From assembly GCA_003171335.1 (NCBI GenBank), contig PMYD01000025.1, forward strand, positions 2,682-66,681: a stretch of 64,000 nt of DNA, in the 5' to 3' direction. Shown here in pieces: positions 50,644 through 60,846 of the stretch; the first letter of the stretch is position 1, and every line of letters begins with the position of its first letter. The translations under genes were made by a program, and so were the position numbers. The DNA comes from Phycisphaerales bacterium (GTDB lineage Bacteria > Planctomycetota > Phycisphaerae > SM23-33 > FEN-1343). A model generated the notes under the pieces. That model made no database searches. It saw only the letters and a list, made by a program, of their open reading frames with translations, and had not been told where the DNA came from.

Positions 50644-52068
50644 CTATGGATTCGATTCCGACGGAGTCGCGCTTGCAGGCGGCGTGCCGAGCGTTTCCAC
50701 ATCCACGCCGGCCAGCGATTCCAACTCCGCCAGCCGCTTTTCGCGTTCCGCGCGTAGCTGGGCCAGCGTTAGTCGCAGGTTCAGCAGCAGGCGCTGCGTG
50801 TCGATGAGCTCGAGATAGCTGGCGGTGCCGGCGGCGTAGGCCTGGTGGGAATTGTCCATGGCCTGGCGGGCCAGCGGCAGCACATCGCCTTCCAGGACGG
50901 CCGCCTGGTGTTCGGCGCTGCGCATGAAGACCAGCGCTGTCACAAACGCCGCCGCCCGATCCTGGCGGAGTTGGCGCTCCATGGCCCGCGACTCGTGTAG
51001 CATGGCGTTGGCCTCGGCGATGGCCCCGCGAATGGCCGGCACGTTCGTCGGCAGCATTACCGCCGCGCCCACGCTCTGCGAAATGCCGCCGGTCATGGCG
51101 AAGGAAGGGATGATATCGGGCACGTACCGCAGGCGGGCCAGCTCCAGGGCCTCCTTGCGGCCGGCCACCTGGGCGGCCAGTTCCGCCAGATCGGGATTGG
51201 CCGCGACGCCCATGGCGATCAGCCGATCATCCGCCGCCGCCGGCCGCGCCGGCAGCTCCTCGGGCATTTCCAGGGGCTCCTCGGCGGGGCGATTCAGCAG
51301 GGCATTCAGTATGGCGCGCTGGCTGCGGGCCTGGGCCTTCATCGAGTCCAGTTCGTTCTGCGCCAGGCGGTGTTCGATCTGGGCCTTGAGCAGGTCCTGC
51401 TGGGGCGCGCCGGCCTCGACGCGGGCCTGGGCCGAGCGGACAAGCTGGCCCAGCAGCTCCACGTTTTCCCGCTGAATGCGGCTGCGCTCTTCCACGAGCG
51501 CCAAATCGTAATAGCTCTCCAGCACGCGGCGCTGGAGGTCGAACTTGGCTTTGCGGAAACGCTCGGCCGCCACGCGGGCCTCCTGCAGCGCCACTTTGCC
51601 CGCCTGCCGGGCCTTGATGGGCAGCTCCAGGTTCATCGATGGATCAAAACCCGCGCCCAGCGTGGTGCGGTCCCAGCTTTTCATGTGGCCGCCGGAGAAC
51701 AGATAGCTGTAGCTCACCATCACGTTGCTGTTGGGCCAGGCGGCCGCCTGGTCGATGCGGGTCACCGCCGCCTTCCACTGGAAGTAGGCCGCCTCCAGAT
51801 CGCCATTGACCCAGAAGGCCCGCGCCAGCACATCGCGCCACACCGCCGGCTGAGGCAGCGGCGGTCCGGCACGCTGGTCCGGCGGCAGCTCGTAAAAGCG
51901 GTGTTGTTCCAGCTCCTTCCTTTGGGCCGCCGTGCCGGCCGGGGCCAGGATGCAGCCCGAGCAGAGCGAGAGCGCCGCCGCAAGGACGAGCCATCCGCCG
52001 GTGTTGGTAAAATATGTGCGTCGGCCGCGGCGGTTTGTCGCCCATACACCCAAAGACACCCATGCCAT
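50644..52068 (-). CDS. TolC-like outer-membrane efflux protein (OMF family)
   Basis: Verified ATG (complement of 52066-52068): MAWVSLGVWATNRRGRRTYFTNTGGWLVLAAALSLCSGC (lipobox-like). Two coiled-coil OEP repeats. No RND/MFP/ABC partner adjacent. Confidence 0.7.
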   Translation of the reverse strand: MAWVSLGVWATNRRGRRTYFTNTGGWLVLAAALSLCSGCILAPAGTAAQRKELEQHRFYELPPDQRAGPPLPQPAVWRDVLARAFWVNGDLEAAYFQWKAAVTRIDQAAAWPNSNVMVSYSYLFSGGHMKSWDRTTLGAGFDPSMNLELPIKARQAGKVALQEARVAAERFRKAKFDLQRRVLESYYDLALVEERSRIQRENVELLGQLVRSAQARVEAGAPQQDLLKAQIEHRLAQNELDSMKAQARSQRAILNALLNRPAEEPLEMPEELPARPAAADDRLIAMGVAANPDLAELAAQVAGRKEALELARLRYVPDIIPSFAMTGGISQSVGAAVMLPTNVPAIRGAIAEANAMLHESRAMERQLRQDRAAAFVTALVFMRSAEHQAAVLEGDVLPLARQAMDNSHQAYAAGTASYLELIDTQRLLLNLRLTLAQLRAEREKRLAELESLAGVDVETLGTPPASATPSESNP

Positions 52069-52105
52069 GATCGCCTCCGCGCCGGGCCGGCCATTTCGAT
52101 ATGTC

Positions 52106-52129
52106 GGTGGCACAGGCTGTCGGCCTGTG
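52106..52129. repeat. single REP-like hairpin GGTGGCACAGGCT-GTCG-GCCTGTG
   Basis: Read directly, in the divergent spacer between the TolC-like and radical-SAM genes. Confidence 0.75.
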
Positions 52130-52330
52130 AACGACCTTGCTGAGTCTATCTTATTAGCGCGATCACCTTGCACGCAAGCCTCCCGACCGCTGGCCGCCTG
52201 CAATGCGCGCCTGGCGGACATGCCGGCGGGCAAGCTTTACGAGCGTTGCCGCTTCAAGCATCGCCTGCCGCCGGCGGGTATGATTAGCCTGAGCGCGGCA
52301 AGCTGTCGCCGACGCGGAGGTGGGGTATTC

Positions 52331-53759
52331 CATGCGCGTACTGATCGTCAGTTCTAACCGCATCCGCCAGCCGGTGATGGTGCTTCCCTCGGGCGCCTGC
52401 CTGGTCGCTGAGGCGGCCGAGCGGGCCGGGCACGCCGTGCGGCTGCTGGACCTGATGTTTGAAAAGTGGCCGCACGAGGCGCTCCGCCGCGCGCTGGTCG
52501 ACTGGCGGCCGGCGGTCGTGGGCCTGTCCATCCGCAACATCGACACGAACGATGCTCGCAACCCCGTCGTCCTGGCCGATGAGGCGGCCGAGCTGGCTCA
52601 GGTTGTTCGCCGGTGCAGCGATGCCAAACTTGTTCTGGGGGGTGCGGCTCTGGGCGTCATGCCGCACGAACTTTTGCGCCGGACAGGGGCCGACTATGCG
52701 GTCGTCTTCGACGGCGATGTGGTCTTCCCCCAGTTGCTCGATTCACTCGCCGCCGGCCGCGAGATCCGCGGCTTGGCGGGCGTTCTGGCGCCCGGCGATG
52801 TGGCGCTGCCGGCGCGGCCGGCCGGCGGGGGGGAGCTGGCAAGCTGCACGCCGCAGGAACTGTCGCGCTGGGTCCAGGTGCGCCCTTACCTCTCGAATAT
52901 GGCTGCCGTGGGGCTGCAAACCAAGCGCGGCTGCCCGTTCGAGTGCATCTACTGCACGTACAGCATGGCCGAAGGCCACGAATATCGGCTCTGCCCGCCC
53001 GAGCAGGTGGTCGCGGCTGTGCGGCGGCTGGCCGCGCAGGGGCTGCGCGATGTGGAGTTCGTCGACAACGTTTTCAACTCGCCGTACGAGCACGCCCTGG
53101 CGATCTGCCGCCAGCTCGCCGTCGCCCGGCTTGGCGTGCGGCTGCAAAGCCTCGAGCTGAACCCGCGATTTCTCGATGATGAACTTCTTTGGGCCATGGA
53201 GCAGGCGGGTTTTGCCGGCATCGGCGTAACGGCCGAGAGCGCCAGCGATGTCGTTTTGGCGGGGCTGAAGAAGGGCTACACCGCCGAGCAACTTCGCCTA
53301 GCCGCCGGCGCGGTGGCCCGCCACGCCATTTCTTGCGTGTGGATCTTCATGCTGGGGGGCCCCGGCGAAACGCCCGACACCGTGCAGGAGACGCTGGAAT
53401 TCGCCACGCGCTGCATACGCCCCAGCGATACCGCCTTCTTCCAGACCGGCATTCGCATCTATCCCGGCACGCCGCTGGAGCAGATCGCCCGCGCCCAGGG
53501 CGTGTTGACCGCCGCCGGCGACGACATGCTCGCGCCGGTGTTCTACATCAGCCCGCAGATGTCGCTAAGTGGCCTGAAAGCCCAGGTGAATGCCGCCGTC
53601 CGCACCCACATGAATTTCGTCGCCGTCGATGCCATCGGCCTGCCGCTGTTCCAGACGGTGCTTCGGGCGTGCTATCGCCTGGGTGTCCGCCCGCCCGTGT
53701 GGCGCTACACTCCCGGCGTGCGGCGGCTGCTGAAGTGGACGGGGCTCTACGGCGGCTAG
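52331..53759 (+). CDS. B12-binding-domain radical SAM protein (class B rSAM)
   Basis: N-terminal Rossmann-like B12-binding region (MRVLIVSSNRIRQPVMVLPSGACLVAEAAERAGHAVRLLDL..). Radical SAM motif CPFECIYCTY. ATG 52331 has a GGAGGTG SD; the track's 52320 is GTG. Confidence 0.75.
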
Positions 53760-53932
53760 CCGATGGGAATGCGCGGTGACTTGATTCCTGGCGCGACTTC
53801 GGGAATTGCCCGTGGTGTAAGTGTTACAGTCTGTCCGCGGCGGACACCTGAATTTCTATCGCCACAGGTGGCCCCCATTGCGGTCCGGTCTGTCTTGCCG
53901 ATCGACCGATTAACGGATTAACCTCTTCCCAG

Positions 53933-55075
53933 ATGGCCGCCGCAACTGGATACAATAAGAACGCAGTACCAGGAGAAGCCCCCGTGGGGACAATCATTCG
54001 ATCGCTGGCAACGGCGAATCCGGCTCGCTACGTCACTGGCCGTGAGGCCTACGATTTCCTCACCGGGCATTTTGCCCTGGGGGCGCCGCAGCGCGACCTG
54101 TACCGCCGGCTGCTCATCGATGGGCCCATCCGGGGACGTTACATGGGCCTGGAGTACGATGAGCAGGTATGCCTCATGTCCGCCGATGAGCAGCTCGATC
54201 GCTTCCAGAAGCAGGCGCTGGCCATGGCCACGAGGGCGGCGGCCGAGGCGCTGGCGGCGGCCAAACTCCAGCCGGCCGATGTGGGCGGCCTGGTCGTCAA
54301 CACCTGCACGGGCTACCTGTGCCCGGGGCTCTCCTCTTATGTGGCCGAGGCGCTGGGCCTGGCCGAGTCGGTCCGCGTGCTGGATGTGATGGGCATGGGC
54401 TGCGGCGGGGCGCTGCCTAACCTCCAGTCGGCCTGCGGCCTGCTGGCGACGGGGGAAACGAACGGGCGCTCGCGGCCGGTGCTGTCGATCGCCGTGGAAG
54501 TGTGCTCGGCCACGATTTACATGGGCGATGATCCGGGCCTGATCGTCAGCAACTGCCTTTTCGGCGATGGCGCCGCCGCCGCCGTGCTTTCGTTGAATGG
54601 ACACGCACAGGAAGAGTCGCCGCCGGCCGGCGGCCCGCGGGCGCCAAAACTGCTCGATTTCGAGTCGCAAGTCCTGCCCGCGCACCGGGAATCGCTGCGC
54701 TATCACCACGAGCAGGGCCGGCTGCGCAACACGCTGAGCATCCGCGTGCCGGTCATCGCCGGCCGGGCCATCCGCCAGTTGACCGGGAGGCTGCTGGCAC
54801 GCCACGGCCTGTCCATTGGCGATATCAACTGGTGGGCCATCCACCCCGGCGGCACCGCCGTGCTGGAGCAGGCGGCCAAGGAGTTGGCGCTGCCGAGCGA
54901 TGCCCTGCGCTATTCGTACGAGGTTTTCGCCGAGTACGGCAACATGTCCTCGCCTTCGGTCCTGTTCGTCCTGAAGCGCCTGCTGGAGCGCGCGCAGCCG
55001 CCCAAAGGCCAGAAAGGCCTGTTGCTGTCGTTCGGGGCCGGATTCACCGCGTTTGGTGCGTTGGTGGAGTTCTAG
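53933..55075 (+). CDS. type III polyketide synthase (chalcone/stilbene synthase family)
   Basis: Catalytic Cys in ..VMGMGCGGALPNLQ... His in ..WWAIHPGGTAVL... Asn in ..FAEYGNMSSPSVLFVL... Thiolase-fold size (380 aa). Confidence 0.8.
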   Translation: MAAATGYNKNAVPGEAPVGTIIRSLATANPARYVTGREAYDFLTGHFALGAPQRDLYRRLLIDGPIRGRYMGLEYDEQVCLMSADEQLDRFQKQALAMATRAAAEALAAAKLQPADVGGLVVNTCTGYLCPGLSSYVAEALGLAESVRVLDVMGMGCGGALPNLQSACGLLATGETNGRSRPVLSIAVEVCSATIYMGDDPGLIVSNCLFGDGAAAAVLSLNGHAQEESPPAGGPRAPKLLDFESQVLPAHRESLRYHHEQGRLRNTLSIRVPVIAGRAIRQLTGRLLARHGLSIGDINWWAIHPGGTAVLEQAAKELALPSDALRYSYEVFAEYGNMSSPSVLFVLKRLLERAQPPKGQKGLLLSFGAGFTAFGALVEF

Positions 55076-55369
55076 AGCACCGAACGATTGAGATGTCATA
55101 TTCAGGCGTCGGCGAGACCAGGATGGCAAGGAAGAAAACCGAAGGCATATTCCTAATATGCTGAGGTTTTTCTGACGCCGCCAGCCGCCGTCGCAGCCAG
55201 CCTGAATGTGACAGATCAAGAGTGAGTTGCTCTAGAGCGGGTTACCGACTCCTGCGATCGAGCCTGCATCGGCGCGATTGACGAGCGGACCGCGGTAGGA
55301 TTTATTGCATAGCGATACTCGTTCAATGGCACGGGTGGCGTTCCTGGACCTCATTTAGGAGTGGCAGAC

Positions 55370-55783
55370 ATGGGATTCGTGCAGGAATTCAAGGCGTTCG
55401 CCATGAAGGGCAACGTCATCGACATGGCCGTGGGCATCGTCATTGGCGTGGCGTTCAACAAGATCGTCACCTCGTTGGTCAATGATGTGATCATGCCGCC
55501 CATCGGCTATCTCATCAGCGGCGTGCCTTTCAAGAACCTGGAGGTGGTCATCAAGCCTGCCGTCCTCAAACCGGGCACTCAAGAGGTGCTTCACGAGGCG
55601 GTGGCGGTTCATTACGGGCTGTTCATCAACACCGTACTGGAGTTCCTCATCGTCGCCTTCACGGTCTTCATGGTAGTGAAGTTCGTGAACCGGCTGACGC
55701 GCCTTCGCGAGATGATCAGCCCGCCCGAGCCCCAGGCCGGGCCAGGTCCTTCGTCCGCGCCGACGCCGCCGGCGGCGCCGTGA
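55370..55783 (+). CDS. mscL: large-conductance mechanosensitive channel MscL
   Basis: [46 protein letters not shown].. is the canonical MscL TM1/TM2 pattern. AGGAG SD 9 nt upstream of ATG 55370. Confidence 0.8.
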   Translation: MGFVQEFKAFAMKGNVIDMAVGIVIGVAFNKIVTSLVNDVIMPPIGYLISGVPFKNLEVVIKPAVLKPGTQEVLHEAVAVHYGLFINTVLEFLIVAFTVFMVVKFVNRLTRLREMISPPEPQAGPGPSSAPTPPAAP

Positions 55784-55788
55784 GGAAT

Positions 55789-56679
55789 CTAGATTATCTC
55801 CAGATGCTCCTTCGCCGGCAGCGCCGGGAAGGGAGCGGTGGGCAAGGTCTGGTACCAGTAGGCGACCGAGGCAATATCGTCCTGGCGCGCGAGGTAGGGC
55901 CCGCCGCCACGCCAGCCCAGGTCCTGGATTGTCACGCGCAGGTCGTTCTCGAAGCGGATAGGGTCCATAATGTGCCAGCGGTACATGGCATGGCGGTGCT
56001 GGGCCTTGTACAACCCGTCGGGCCGGCTGACCAGATGCATGCCTAAGAAAGGCGTGGTGTAGGTCGTGTAGCGGCCGTCGACATCCCAGTTATAGGCGCC
56101 GCCGAAATAGTCTTCCGTGCCGGTCCCGCAGATCGTGGGAAACTCCTTGTCGCCGTCGATGTAGAACTTGATCTCACCCTCGCCCCACCAGCCGTTCTGG
56201 GTCACGCCCACCGCCATGGCCGTTCCGACATAATGCCCCTGGCCGCGGATGCCGTCCACAAGGGTGTGCGCCTGCTGATTCGGCACGGGGTTGGACCGGC
56301 GGAACTGGGCGTGGAAGTACGCCAGGTCGCTGCCGACATCGGTGAGCGCGTAGTTGATCTGGTAAAAACAGACGATTGCCTCGCTGTGGCGGTTTTCAAG
56401 CGTAATGCGGCAGCGCTTGCGGAAGGGCATCTCCCACACTATCAGTACCGACGCTTCGGACAGCTCCAAGGCAGCGGCTCATTCTAACATCATAACATCG
56501 CTGTGATTGCCGTGAGAGTTGTGCAAGGCGCTCTGATAGGCTTGCACCGCCGTGAAAAAGAAAGATAATCCCGTTGGAGAGGTGCTGGGTGACGCTTGTG
56601 GGAAATTGCCAGGCGGGCACCGGCTGAATGGAGATGACGCACATGGAAGAATCCTCGATAGGCGTGCCGAGTCTCTCAT
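55789..56679 (-). pseudogene. DUF2961-family protein, apparently 5'-truncated or frameshifted
   Basis: Minus ORF 55789..56469 holds the C-terminal two-thirds of a DUF2961-like protein (..ICGTGTEDYFGGAYNWD..). Protein-like sequence continues upstream in another frame (56479..56679: ..TAVQAYQSALHNSHGNHSDVMM) with no start or signal peptide. It collides with the HDC-like gene start on the opposite strand. Confidence 0.3.
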
Positions 56680-57809
56680 TGGGCGATCGGCAAAAGCTGG
56701 ATGATCTCTATCAGCGGCTGGAATCCGAGCGACAACGGTTCATCGGATACCCCTGCTCCGCCGAATTCGATTATTCGCCGCTGTACCGGTTTCTGGGCTT
56801 TCCGATCAACAACATCGGGGACCCGTTTGTGCCCAGCAATTATCACCTCAACACACACGAGTTCGAGTGCGAGGTGTTGGAGTTCTTCCGAGGCCTATGC
56901 CACGCGCCGCCGGATGGTTTCTGGGGCTATGTTACCCACGGCGGCACGGAGGGGAACATGTATGGGATTTACCTGGGGCGTGAGATGCTGCCCGACGGGA
57001 TGGTGTATTACTCGGAGGACACCCACTACTCGGTCAGCAAGATCCTTCGCCTCTTGCACGTCCGCAATTTGATGATCAAGAGTCTTCCCGATGGAAGAAT
57101 GGACCTGGAGGATTTTCGAGAAACGCTGAAGATTCATCGCGACGTGCCGCCGATCATTTTCGCCAACATCGGCACGACGATGAAGGGTGCGGCGGACGAC
57201 CTGGAAGGCATCCGGGCGATTCTCGCCGACCTGGCCATCGCCCGCCACTATATCCACGTGGATGCAGCGCTGAGCGGCATGATTTTACCCTTTGTGGAAG
57301 CCCCGGAGCCGTTTGATTTCTCCTGCGGTGCCGACAGCCTTTCCATCAGCGGGCACAAGATGATCGGCTGCCCCTTCCCCTGCGGCGTGGTGCTGGCCAG
57401 GAAGGCCAACGTGGACCGAACCGCCCGGAACATCGAGTACATCGGCACGCTGGACACCACGCTGGCCGGCTCGCGCAACGGCGACTCGGCCCTGTTTCTG
57501 TGGTATGCGATCCGCGCGCTGGGTCTGGAGGGATGGCGTCGGCGGGTCCGGCAATGTCTGACGGTGGCCGAGTACGCCGTGAAGCGCCTGCGGGATGAGG
57601 CGGCAGTCCAAGCGTGGCGGCACAGGAACTCGATTACCGTCGTCTTCCCTCGCCCTTCGATGGACATCATCAGTCGCTGGCAACTGGCTGTCCACCATCA
57701 ATGGTCCCACCTGATCACGGTGCCCCACGTCACCCAGGAGGTTGTGGATCGGTTCGTTGCCGATCTCCGCGCCGACGTTGGCAACGGTTCAGCAGGAAGC
57801 CCAACATGA
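56628..57809 (+). CDS. PLP-dependent group II decarboxylase, histidine-decarboxylase-like
   Basis: PLP-Lys motif ..SISGHKMIGCPFPCGVV... ..THGGTEGNMYGI... Size ~390 aa. Three in-frame ATGs at 56628, 56634 and 56643; the last has a GGAG SD. Confidence 0.6.
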   Translation: MEMTHMEESSIGVPSLSLGDRQKLDDLYQRLESERQRFIGYPCSAEFDYSPLYRFLGFPINNIGDPFVPSNYHLNTHEFECEVLEFFRGLCHAPPDGFWGYVTHGGTEGNMYGIYLGREMLPDGMVYYSEDTHYSVSKILRLLHVRNLMIKSLPDGRMDLEDFRETLKIHRDVPPIIFANIGTTMKGAADDLEGIRAILADLAIARHYIHVDAALSGMILPFVEAPEPFDFSCGADSLSISGHKMIGCPFPCGVVLARKANVDRTARNIEYIGTLDTTLAGSRNGDSALFLWYAIRALGLEGWRRRVRQCLTVAEYAVKRLRDEAAVQAWRHRNSITVVFPRPSMDIISRWQLAVHHQWSHLITVPHVTQEVVDRFVADLRADVGNGSAGSPT

Positions 57810-58198
57810 AACAGATCACAATCGTCACTCAGGATCGGCCCGGACTGGTTGCGGACATCTCGGAGGTCCTGACGGCCGCGGGCGTCAATATCGAGTCTCT
57901 GGTGGCCGAACAGGTGGGGGCCTTGGCCACGGTTATCATGACCGTGGATAATTACGACTCAGCGCTGCGTGCCATTTCGAAGATGCCGTTGAGCGCCGTC
58001 ACCGAAGATGCGATCCTCGTCAGAATAGACGATCGCCCCGGGGCATTGGCCGGCATCGCCCGCCGCTTCAAAGATGCCGGCGTGAACATGCGCTCGATCC
58101 GGATCCTTTGCCGGGATGGCGGCCGAGCCATCGTCGCCATCTCCACCGATCGGACCGCCGAAGCCCTGGCGCTCGTCCGGGATGTGCTAATCTCTTAA
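57806..58198 (+). CDS. ACT-domain protein (tandem ACT)
   Basis: MKQITIVTQDRPGLVADISEVLTAAGVNIESL.., then a second ..ILVRIDDRPGALAGIARRFKDAGVNMRSI... Its start ATGA overlaps the decarboxylase stop. Confidence 0.55.
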   Translation: MKQITIVTQDRPGLVADISEVLTAAGVNIESLVAEQVGALATVIMTVDNYDSALRAISKMPLSAVTEDAILVRIDDRPGALAGIARRFKDAGVNMRSIRILCRDGGRAIVAISTDRTAEALALVRDVLIS

Positions 58199-58292
58199 CA
58201 GTTATCGCGGCGTTACACCGGCCCGACGTGCGGGTGATTCGACTCATCCATTTGCTACTGCGCTTCTTCCCCCCCAATGCCTGCGGCTTCGT

Positions 58293-59474
58293 TCACCGGC
58301 TGCCCAGATCCAGCGCCCTTTGGCGATAGTAGCGGTAGTTTGCCAGCGTGACCTCGGCGGGCACTCCGTGATCGCACGTGGGCGTGTATCCGCCGCGGGC
58401 ACGCATCACGGGGAGGATGCGATCGAGCATTTCATCGATGGCCTTGGGGCCCCGGGCGAGCACGCGCTTATCGATGCCGCCGGACATGACGAGGTATGGA
58501 AACTGTCGCCCGATCTCGACGACGTCGCACCCGCTGGCGACCTCGAAGGGGCTCATCACGTCCAGGCCGATCGCCCGGTGATAGAGATCGATGACGGGCA
58601 CGCAGAAGCCGTCGGTGTCCACCTGGACGTAGAGGTGCCGCGATGGGTCGAGCTGGCGGGCGCGGATGCCCTTCAACAGCTCCTGGTAGTACGGGAAGAA
58701 GAATTCGGCAAAGATGCTTGGGCTGACCAGGGAGCCGTGGTTATAGCAGATATCTTCAGCGAAGAAGACCTCATCCAGCGTGACCTGCTGCTGGTGGCGG
58801 GCGGTGACGGCCTGCGCCAGCTTCAACCAGGCGCGCATGGCATCGTGAATGACATCGGGCATGTCGTAGAAGGCCAGCATCATGTTCTCGACGCCCAGCA
58901 TGGCCCGCAGGTACATGCCGGCCCCGGCGATGCGCTGGACGATGAGCTTGCCTTGCCGGGGGGCGGCGGTGGCCACGGCCATGTACTGCGGCAGCTTGTC
59001 GAACCGCCCGGGGGCCTCCGGGTCCAGCCGCCAAAGGCACTGTTCTTCCCAGGTCTTGCGGTCTTTAAGCACATGATCCACGTATTCAGGCATGAAGCCG
59101 CTGCGCCGGCCAGCAAAGCACTTGACGTGCCGGCCAGCGAAATCCTGGACGATTTCGTAAGGGCCCTGGACCTCCAGGACCTTCTCTTCAAAGAAGGGCC
59201 AGTATCCCGGCTCGCACCAGCCCAGGCCGCCGAGGTTCACGGTGGCAGGCTCGTCGAAGCAGAACTCGCGGGGCAGGTCGGCCTGGGCGTCCAGGCCCTG
59301 CTTGCGCCATTCATCCAGGCAGAAGTACCCGAACTCCTTTTGGAAGAGCGGGGCTCCCGGCGTCATGGCATAAACATCGCGCAGCTTACGGGCCGACGGA
59401 TGCATCTGCTCGCGGGGGACCATGGCGTGAATGCCGTCGGCTACAGTTGTGTCCGGCTTGTTCAAAGGGGACAT
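58293..59474 (-). CDS. uroporphyrinogen-decarboxylase (URO-D/MtaA/CmuA)-like family protein
   Basis: TIM-barrel URO-D-like length and C-terminal ..GGYTPTCDHGVPAEV.. region. Start MSPLNKPD.. at the complement of 59472-59474 (weak SD); upstream in-frame residues are possible. Confidence 0.5.
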   Translation of the reverse strand: MSPLNKPDTTVADGIHAMVPREQMHPSARKLRDVYAMTPGAPLFQKEFGYFCLDEWRKQGLDAQADLPREFCFDEPATVNLGGLGWCEPGYWPFFEEKVLEVQGPYEIVQDFAGRHVKCFAGRRSGFMPEYVDHVLKDRKTWEEQCLWRLDPEAPGRFDKLPQYMAVATAAPRQGKLIVQRIAGAGMYLRAMLGVENMMLAFYDMPDVIHDAMRAWLKLAQAVTARHQQQVTLDEVFFAEDICYNHGSLVSPSIFAEFFFPYYQELLKGIRARQLDPSRHLYVQVDTDGFCVPVIDLYHRAIGLDVMSPFEVASGCDVVEIGRQFPYLVMSGGIDKRVLARGPKAIDEMLDRILPVMRARGGYTPTCDHGVPAEVTLANYRYYRQRALDLGSR

Positions 59475-59698
59475 TATCGGAGATTTCCAATACGAGGTTC
59501 TACCGACGACCATCGCCAGCAATATGGCAATTTTACGAAGCCGTGGCGTCTCGACAAGCGAATTTGCGGCGCCGCCAGTCGCTGCGGAGGGTACTGGCCA
59601 TGACCGAATTCTCGATGCCGTTGGGAATCACCGGAGACAGCGCTAGTATTTCAATGATTGCTGCGGGCTGGACCGGGATATTTATAAGGAGTCCAAGT

Positions 59699-59821
59699 AT
59701 GGAACAGCCTCAAAGACAAGCGTATGTGTCCCCCACATTGGAAAAGCAGCAGCTACTCCAGGAAGTGACCGAGGCCTGTAAGACCACCGCGGCCGCGGTC
59801 TCGGCCGCAGTCATCAGCTAA
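59699..59821 (+). CDS. candidate RiPP precursor peptide (40 aa) ending in Ser
   Basis: MEQPQRQAYVSPTLEKQQLLQEVTEACKTTAAAVSAAVIS. Strong AAGGAG SD 7 nt upstream. Its TAA stop overlaps the ATG of the HPr-kinase-like gene (TAATG). An in-frame upstream ATG (59600) would give 73 aa. Confidence 0.35.
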   Translation: MEQPQRQAYVSPTLEKQQLLQEVTEACKTTAAAVSAAVIS

Positions 59822-60846
59822 TGGCCTGGGGGTGTGGCAACCAGCTCAGACGGTACGACGTGCATGGGTTAATTCTGCACGTCGTGCCGGACGAGCCTGC
59901 CCTGCTGGAACCTGTCGATCGCGTCCTGCGGCCATTCATCACGGAAACACAGTTCGACGAACCCGATACTTTTGTGTTGCGCCTCTCGCGCCGGACGGCG
60001 CGGCAGGAGGTTGCTGCGGTTCTGCCGTGCATCTGGAGCGGCCAGATGCCCGGCGGTTGTCCGGGCCGGTATCTGGCCGCCGGCTTAAGACGACAGATTG
60101 AGTTGACGGATCGCGCCATCGCCAGTGTGGACCTGGCCAGCCGGCAAGCTCGCATTGTGCTGCTTACCGACGATGACCGGTGGATCACCTTCGGCTGCCT
60201 TACGCCACTGCTGACGGAAATGCTGCACAGCCGCGGCTGGCATGTCGTGCACGCCGCCTGCCTGCGCCTTGGCAGAGAACCTGGCGGCCCGGTCGTTTTG
60301 CTGTGCGGCTCCAGCGGCATGGGCAAAACCACCACCGCCCTGGCCCTCTCTCGCGGACAGATGCGCCTGCTGGCCGATGACGCCGTCTTTGCCCGAATCG
60401 ACAGCAACGGCGCGTGGGTCTGGGGACTGGGTCGGCCCTGCAAGGTGCATCCGCACACGCGCCTGTTGCTTGGCTGGCTGGCCGAACTACCGTCAGAGCC
60501 GGCGGTGAATGCGGAGGAAGGCGTTATGGCTTTCTCCCTTCTCGGCGATCCGACTCCCCGTGTCGCCCATCCGGCCGTGGTCCTGGTCCTGGAGCCGCGC
60601 AATGCCGTGGCGCACCATCTGCGACCCCTGCACAAGAACGAGGCGCTGGTGCACCTGGTGCGAGAGAACGTTCGCTGGTTGAAGGGGTCGGCGGCCTTTG
60701 CGGCGATGGCCGGCATCGTGCGAGCCTGCGGCTGCTACGGCCTGAGCGTCGGCCCTGATCTGAATGTCCTGCACCAGGCAATTCTATCTCTGCCGGAACT
60801 GAACCATGCGCTCGCGCATCAATCGATGGCTGGTGGCCTTGTGTGA
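59821..60846 (+). CDS. HPr-kinase/phosphorylase-related serine kinase (peptide-modification-associated)
   Basis: P-loop ..LLCGSSGMGKTTTALAL.. in an HprK C-terminal-domain-like context. No N-terminal HprK domain. Confidence 0.6.
   Translation: MAWGCGNQLRRYDVHGLILHVVPDEPALLEPVDRVLRPFITETQFDEPDTFVLRLSRRTARQEVAAVLPCIWSGQMPGGCPGRYLAAGLRRQIELTDRAIASVDLASRQARIVLLTDDDRWITFGCLTPLLTEMLHSRGWHVVHAACLRLGREPGGPVVLLCGSSGMGKTTTALALSRGQMRLLADDAVFARIDSNGAWVWGLGRPCKVHPHTRLLLGWLAELPSEPAVNAEEGVMAFSLLGDPTPRVAHPAVVLVLEPRNAVAHHLRPLHKNEALVHLVRENVRWLKGSAAFAAMAGIVRACGCYGLSVGPDLNVLHQAILSLPELNHALAHQSMAGGLV

Noticed and set aside
52320-53759. Radical SAM gene as the missing hydE
   Set aside because: It has an N-terminal B12-binding domain and a class-B rSAM layout, not the BioB-like HydE architecture. 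It is 28 kb from the maturase operon, in an unrelated biosynthetic neighbourhood.
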